Below are positions 57,341 through 64,000 of a DNA stretch of 64,000 nucleotides, one piece after another. The position numbers and the translations under genes were made by a program. A model generated the notes under the pieces. The model was not told the origin of the DNA and made no database searches. It worked only from the letters and a program-made list of their open reading frames with translations. Within the stretch, counting starts at the first letter, position 1, and each line of letters opens with the position of its first letter. This DNA comes from Octopus vulgaris (Eukaryota): assembly GCA_951406725.2 (NCBI GenBank), contig OX597834.1, positions 26,722,001-26,786,000 of the forward strand, given 5' to 3'.

Positions 57341-57375
57341 GTTTCCGACGAAGAGCTCCGCTCGAAACGTTAAAC
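57341..57375 (+). ncRNA. Minimal type I hammerhead-like motif (CCGACGA core)
   Basis: Identical to the 20497 motif. Confidence 0.6.
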
Positions 57376-57467
57376 CCTCCTTCTTTCCTGAGTGTCCAGT
57401 AATACTATATTTGTTCCACGTCCTCGCGTTGTTGTGTTTTTTTGTGCTTTCTTATTTGGATTAACTT

Positions 57468-57533
<66 letters not shown>

Positions 57534-58493
57534 CTCACACGCAGACATACATATACACACACACACTCACACGCAGACATATATTGTATGTATTTATAAA
57601 ATGTATGTATACAGTGTGCGTATGGATAGATGGTGTGTGCGTTAAACGTATATACTACAATGTAAATTGCTGCGATTGGAAATCTGACTGTCGGTGCTGT
57701 CCTCTGGTGGCCAATTAGAGAGCAATCAAACGCAGCAATGTAACCTCGCGCTGTTGTCGACTACAATACATTCTCTCCTCACCCCCTTCACTTTTTCTTC
57801 TCCTCCTCTTCGTATTTCTTCTCCTAGTTGCTATTACTACTACTACTACTACTACTACTACTGCTGCTGATGCTGTAACCCTCCACTGCTGCTGTTGCTT
57901 TTTACTGTTGCGCTTGCTCTTGTTCTTACTGCTGTTTGTATGTTTGTTGCTGTTGTTGTTGTTGTTGTTGTTGCTGTTGTTGCTGTTGTTGTTGTTGCAG
58001 ATATTGTATTGCGTTTCAGAGGAAACCTTAATTGATTGCTTAATTGCTGTAACGAGACGATCGGTTGATCAGCCAAGACTTTCTCACGCTCTTCATGATC
58101 TTTTGCGAATGCCGCCATTTAAAGTAATTTGGAAGTGGAATGGTTAGCAGCAGCAGCAGCAGCAGTAGTAAAGTAAGGAATCGTTTCGGGGGGGGGGGGG
58201 GGTGAGAATGGTTGGCAGTGGTGGGAGGCGGTGATACTAGAGTTGTTGTTAACGAGGGTAGTGGTGGTGGTGGTGGTAATTGTTGTGGTGATGGTGATGA
58301 CGGAGTGAACGATGACGATAATGACATGGGCGACGGTAGCGGTTACGACGACGACGACAACGACGACGACAACGACGACGACAACGACGACGACAACGAC
58401 GACGATGATAATGATGATGATGATGATGATGTTTCGCTACGGGTCTGGCGCGGATCTGTTGGGGGAAATGTAACCGAACAAGTGAAGGACCAC

Positions 58494-58524
<31 letters not shown>

Positions 58525-59448
58525 TGTATGTATGTATGTATGTATGTATGTATGTATGTATGTATGTATGTATGTATGTGTGTATGTGTGTATGTATGCA
58601 TGTATGCATGTATGTATGTATGCATGTATGTATGCATGTATGTATGTATGTATGTATGCATGCATGCATGTATGTATGTATGTATGTATGTATGTATGTA
58701 TGTATGTATGTATGTATGTATGTATGTATGTATGTATGTATGTATGTATGTATGTATGTATGTATGTATGTATGTATGTATGTGTGTATGTATGTATGTA
58801 TGTGTGTATGTATGTATGTATGTATGTATGTATGTATGTATGTATGTATGTATGTATGTATGTATGTATGTATGTATGTATGTATGTATGTATGTATGTA
58901 TGTATGTATGTATGTATGCATGTATGTATGTATGTATGTATGTGTGTATGTATGTATGTATGTGTGTATGTATGTATGTATGCATGTATGTATGTATGTA
59001 TGTATGTATGTATGCATGTATGTATGTATGTATGTATGTATGTATGTATGTATGTATGCATGCATGTATGTATGTATGTATGCATGGCTTAAGTGTGCAT
59101 GTGTGTATGTGTGAGTGCGCACACGTGTGCACTCATATATGTACTGTAATCCATGTTTATATATGTGTATATATGTCAGTATATACATCATCATCATCAT
59201 AATCGTTTAATGTTTATCTTCCGTGCATGAATAGGACGGATGACAGGAGCCTGCCAAGTAGAAAAACTACTCCAGGCTACTGTACCTGTTTTAGCAGGGA
59301 TTTTACGACTGGATGCCCTTCCTAGCACCAACCACTCCACGAAACTCTGTCCGACCGATGCAAGCATGGGAAATAGATGTTTAAAACGGCGACGATGATG
59401 ATGATGATGACGATGCCGATGATGAGATGATGAAGATGATGATAAGAG

Positions 59449-59513
<65 letters not shown>

Positions 59514-59514
59514 T

Positions 59515-60832
59515 CACAGGGAGGGGCTGTTTGCGCTCCTGGGTAGGATAGGTTGCCCTCCCAGACTGCTGAAACTCACCACCTCCTTTCACGACGGTAT
59601 GCAGGGAACAGTGCAGTTTGACGGATCGCCCTCGGAGTCGTTCCCCATCCAGAGTGGAGTGAAACAGGGTTGCGTTCTGGCGCCGACGCTCTTCGGAATT
59701 TTCTTCTCCCTTGTCCTGTCCTATGCCTTCAGAACGTCCGACGACGGAGTGTTCCTCCACACCAGGGCTGATGGTGGATTGTTCAATCTTGCGCGCCTCA
59801 GAGCGAAGACCAAAGTCCGTCAGGTGCTGATCAGAGAGATCCTCTTTGCTGACGATGCCGCCCCTAACATCACACAACCAGCCGGGTCTCCAGAGGTTGG
59901 TCAGCTCCCTGGCGGATGCCTGCCAAGATTTCGGCCTTACCATCAGCCTGAAAAAGACAGAGATCATGGGCCAGGACGTCGGAGGGGTCCCCAGCATCAG
60001 TGTCGGCGACCACAGCTTGCAGGTGGTGAACGAGTTCACTTACCTGGGATCGACGGTCTCCAGCAGCCTGTCCCTCGAGCCGGAGCTGAACAGACGGATT
60101 GGGAAGGCTGCTGCTGCCATGGCTAAGCTCTCCAGGAGAGTGTGGGAAAACAACATGCTCACAATAACCACCAAGATCGCAGTGTATCGAGCCTGCGTGC
60201 TGAGCACCCTATTCTACGGCAGCGAGAGCTGGACAACATGCACCCGGCAAGAATGCCGCCTCAGCGGCTTCCACATGCGGTGTCTTCGACGGATCCTTGG
60301 CATCTCCTGGAAGGACCGAGTACCAAACGGAGTCATCCTAGAACAGACTAATATGCCAAGCATGCATGCCCTCCTCGTGCGGAGACGACTGCGCTGGCTC
60401 GGACACGTCTGCCGCATGCAGGACGGTCGCATGCCTAAAGACATCCTGTACAGCGAACTCACCACGGGATCCCGACCCAAGGGACGTCCACAGCTACGAT
60501 ACAGGGATGTGTGCAAGCGCGACCTGAGGACTGCCAACATCTGTGTGGACACGTGGAGGAAACAGCAGCTGACCGCTCTGCCTGGCGTCGGACAGTGAGG
60601 AAAGGCGTTTCCATGGCTGAGGAAAGGAGAGCACAGCTGTGGTCGGAAGGCGGGACAGGAGGAGGAAAACTGCAGCAACACCCCACACGTACCCATCGAT
60701 GTTCGTGTGCAGCAACTGTACCAAGGACTGCCACTCTAGAATTGGACTGTTCAGTCACAGCAGACGCTGCTCATCATCAAAGTAGGACCCACCCTTGGCG
60801 CGACCCATTGTCCATCAAGACAGACGGGAGAG
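59515..60832 (+). mobile_element. 5'-truncated RTE-clade LINE (RT C-terminal half) inserted in (TA)n
   Basis: SGVKQGCVLAPTLF, LFADDAA, FGLTISLKKTE, FTYLGS, YGSESWT, RLRWLGHV.RM..GRMPK; frameshifts near 59860 and 60560. Confidence 0.95.
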
Positions 60833-60868
<36 letters not shown>

Positions 60869-60922
60869 ATATCGGTAGCCACTACACACATTTTTTTTTC
60901 TCTCCTTGTTCCTTTCTGTCTT

Positions 60923-60959
60923 CTTTCCTGTGGAAGAGCGTAGGCTCGAAAAGTCGAAG
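60923..60959 (+). ncRNA. Hammerhead-like motif (CTGTGGA core), degenerate
   Basis: CTGTGGA-a-gagc-gtag-gctc-GAAA-agTC-gaag; same family as 33845. Confidence 0.45.
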
Positions 60960-61415
60960 CCTTTTTCAATTCTCAAGCGTTATACTAATACATCTATTTG
61001 TTTTCTACACCTCCTGTCTTCGTCTTTTGTTTTTTTTTCGTGAATTCTCCCTTTATATATATATATTTACCCCCCCCCCCCGCACACACTACTTATACAA
61101 ACAAATACACACTCACACACACTCATAGATTTATATGACATTGAGCGTTGACGATTTTTACACATATAACTCTATTCCCATGATCCTGATCAGAATATCG
61201 AGACGACCTTGAGACTGTCACCTTTATTGCACCAATTCAATAACATAAGTCTAATATTGCAATAACGAAAAAAAATTCCTTAACAAAACAGATTAAACAC
61301 AAACACAGTCGTGTCTATAAACATAACGTCTTTAAAAAATCCCTTTCTATTTACATGCACTCGTGCATATGAATCTACATAAATATAATGCTTAGCGGTA
61401 TTTCGTCTGGCGAAA

Positions 61416-61827
61416 GGCGGCGAGCTAGCAGAATCGTTAGCACGTCGGGCGAAATGCTTAGCGGTATTTCGGCTGCCGTTACGTTGTGAGTTCAAATTCC
61501 GCCGAGGTCAACTTTGCCTTTCATCCTTTCGGGGTCGATAAATAAAGTACCAGTTTCGCACTGGGGTCGATATAATCCACTCAATCCCTTCGTCTGTCCT
61601 TGTTTGTCCCCTCTATGTTTAGCCCCTTGTGGGTAATAAAGAAATAGGTATTTCGTCTGTCGTTACGTTCTGAGTTCAAATTCCGCCGAGGTCAACTTTG
61701 CCTTTCATCCTTTCGGGGTCGATAAATAAAGTACCAGTTTCGCACTGGGGTCGATATAATCGACTCAATCCCTTCGTCTGTCCTTGTTTGTCCCCTCTGT
61801 GTTTAGCCCCTTGTGGGCAGTAAAGAA
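61416..61827 (+). mobile_element. SINE family C, dimeric body
   Basis: Same head plus duplicated body as 36681. Confidence 0.85.
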
Positions 61828-61850
61828 AAACAAAATATATATTCACTCAC

Positions 61851-62014
61851 TCGATAGACAGCTCCACACTTCTTTCGTTTTGTTTCTATCGGCATATTTC
61901 AATACAATTTCGGCATATTTCAAAGACCTGATCTCGAGGGTACAATCTTCTTTATCTTTGGTTAACTTCAGGAGAGGATCATCGGGATTTTCAACGGAAG
62001 TTACTTCATTTGAG
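61851..62014 (-). CDS. Coding exon 2 of uncharacterised minus-strand gene
   Basis: tctctctatccgttatag acceptor, A|gtgagt donor, 164 nt, phases 2 and 1 match both neighbours; SNEVTSVENPDDPLLKL...VWSCLS. Confidence 0.85.
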
Positions 62015-62242
62015 CTATAACGGATAGAGAGACAGGTAAGCATAACGATATAAAAATGATGATGATGATAATATACATACATTCATATAAATTTTTTGGT
62101 GTTAGGAAAGGTATCCAGCCATAAAAAAAACCCCTGCCAAAACAGATAGTGAAGCCTGATGTAGTCTTCTGCCGAGTCAGCTCCTGTGAAACCGTCCAAC
62201 CTACGCCAGCATGGAAAACGGACGTTAAATGATGATGATGAT

Positions 62243-62690
<448 letters not shown>

Positions 62691-62719
62691 GTTTATCATT
62701 TATATATAAATCAAAGAGG

Positions 62720-62950
62720 AAAAGGATCCCATCAACTTTAAACGGAGTCTGGATAGATTCCTTCAAGGAATACCAGATAACCCACCCATAATTGGATACA
62801 ACTCACCTAACAAAAACTCGTTACTTGAATGGACCATAAACAAAACTTGACTTAAACAGGATTCAGATAATCCTATCAGGTGGTGCTATTAAGTTAGACA
62901 TGGCCTGGATCAATCTTTGGTCGAAACATATCTAAGTTTATCTAAGTTTA
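62720..62950 (+). mobile_element. CR1-like LINE extreme 3' end (family of 2775)
   Basis: FKRSLDRFLQGIPDNP and shared UTR aggtggtgctattaagttagacatggcctgg. Confidence 0.75.
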
Positions 62951-63219
62951 TATATATATACAATTGCAGCGTGGAAGGTGTTTATAAGCCATTTAAGAAA
63001 CACACAAAAGCCGTTCGATTCACTTCAACATTTAAGTTTAGAACAGGTCGCGGATTTTAGCGAGGAAAATATTTTGACAAATTAAACTTAAATGTTGAAG
63101 TGAATCGAACGGCTTTTGTGTGTTTCTTAAATGGCTTATAAACACCTTCCACGCTGCAATTGTTTTCGTTTCAGGACACGATCTCAGATCAAATTACTTG
63201 CTATGCGAGTACATCTCCG

Positions 63220-63312
<93 letters not shown>

Positions 63313-63400
63313 CAAGGAAAAATTGTAAAAATGCAGAATGCTCGATTGAAAGAAAATTTTAATGAAATGAGAAAATGAAAAAATATATAAATATATATTT

Positions 63401-63440
63401 ATTCAAATCGGTTTTCGTCATAGTTTGACTTATCAAGAAT
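63401..63440 (-). ncRNA. Hammerhead motif with compensatory C3U/G8A core
   Basis: attc-TTGATAA-gtca-aacta-tgac-GAAA-accgat-TT-gaat. Confidence 0.6.
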
Positions 63441-63533
63441 AGTTAGGTGAAAAAGTATATATATATATATATATATATGTACGCACGCACACACATATAT
63501 ATATATATATACATCATAAAATATTGTACTAAC

Positions 63534-63760
63534 CCAATGATAAATAGACCGGGCCCAAAGCTTGAGAATTCAAGGCTAGTTTTCCATGTGAGTGGTTTCT
63601 TGAAGACAACATTTGCTTCATCGGGGAAGGACTGTGGTACTTTTAGAATGAATTCGGTAATCTGCTTCAGCATCTGTTCGTTAATTGGTGTCAGCTGGAT
63701 CATCTTGCTCGTGCTGTCCGACAAGGACAGCCTGCCCGCTCGCTGCAACGCTTGGCCCAT
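63534..63760 (-). CDS. First coding exon of uncharacterised minus-strand gene (exon starts at 63854)
   Basis: atttcag acceptor at 63855, in-frame stop just before gagATGG, 75 codons plus 2 nt, GG|gttagt donor. Confidence 0.8.
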
Positions 63761-63900
63761 CTCTTAGATATTCACAATTCCTAATTCGTCAAACCTGCTG
63801 CAAGTGCGTGTTTGTCCTTTTCTTCCTTGGATGTTTTATCCACACAGCTCTCGTCTGAAATATATAATAAACAAGAAAAATAATAAATTAATAAATATAT

Positions 63901-64000
63901 AGGCGCGGGCATGGTTGCGTGGTAAGAAGCTTGCTTCCCAACCACACGGTTCCGGGTTCAGTCCCACTGCGTGGCACCTTGGGAAAGTGTCGGGCCGACC
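63901..64000 (+). mobile_element. SINE family A head, runs off the window
   Basis: ggttccgggttcagtcccactgcgtggcaccttggg. Confidence 0.8.

Noticed and set aside
57858-58118. ORF MAAFAKDHEEREKVLADQP... as an extra exon
   Set aside because: No convincing splice sites, runs into triplet repeats, and exons 2 and 3 already join in phase

Overview
AT-rich, microsatellite-saturated animal genomic DNA, most likely an octopus or related coleoid cephalopod (inferred from the tRNA-derived SINE families and repeat landscape). Almost all ORFs in the supplied track are microsatellite or SINE artefacts. Supported content: (i) a spliced minus-strand gene whose three coding exons (63760-63534, 62014-61851, 52145-51908/51904) join in perfect phase into a protein of at least 210 aa that I cannot assign to a family; (ii) many SINEs, truncated LINEs (CR1-like, RTE, Tx1/L1, R4/Dong/NeSL-like), Tc1/mariner and hAT remnants and a U6 snRNA pseudocopy; (iii) the most striking hidden signal, about 18 hammerhead ribozyme (HHR) motifs from about 12 unrelated sequence families, mostly in short AT-rich elements beside (TA)n tracts and probably Penelope-like element (PLE) remnants. 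The HHRs include sense/antisense pairs in long palindromes, recurrent non-canonical cores and one type II-topology candidate. All calls were made by eye and TE boundaries are approximate.
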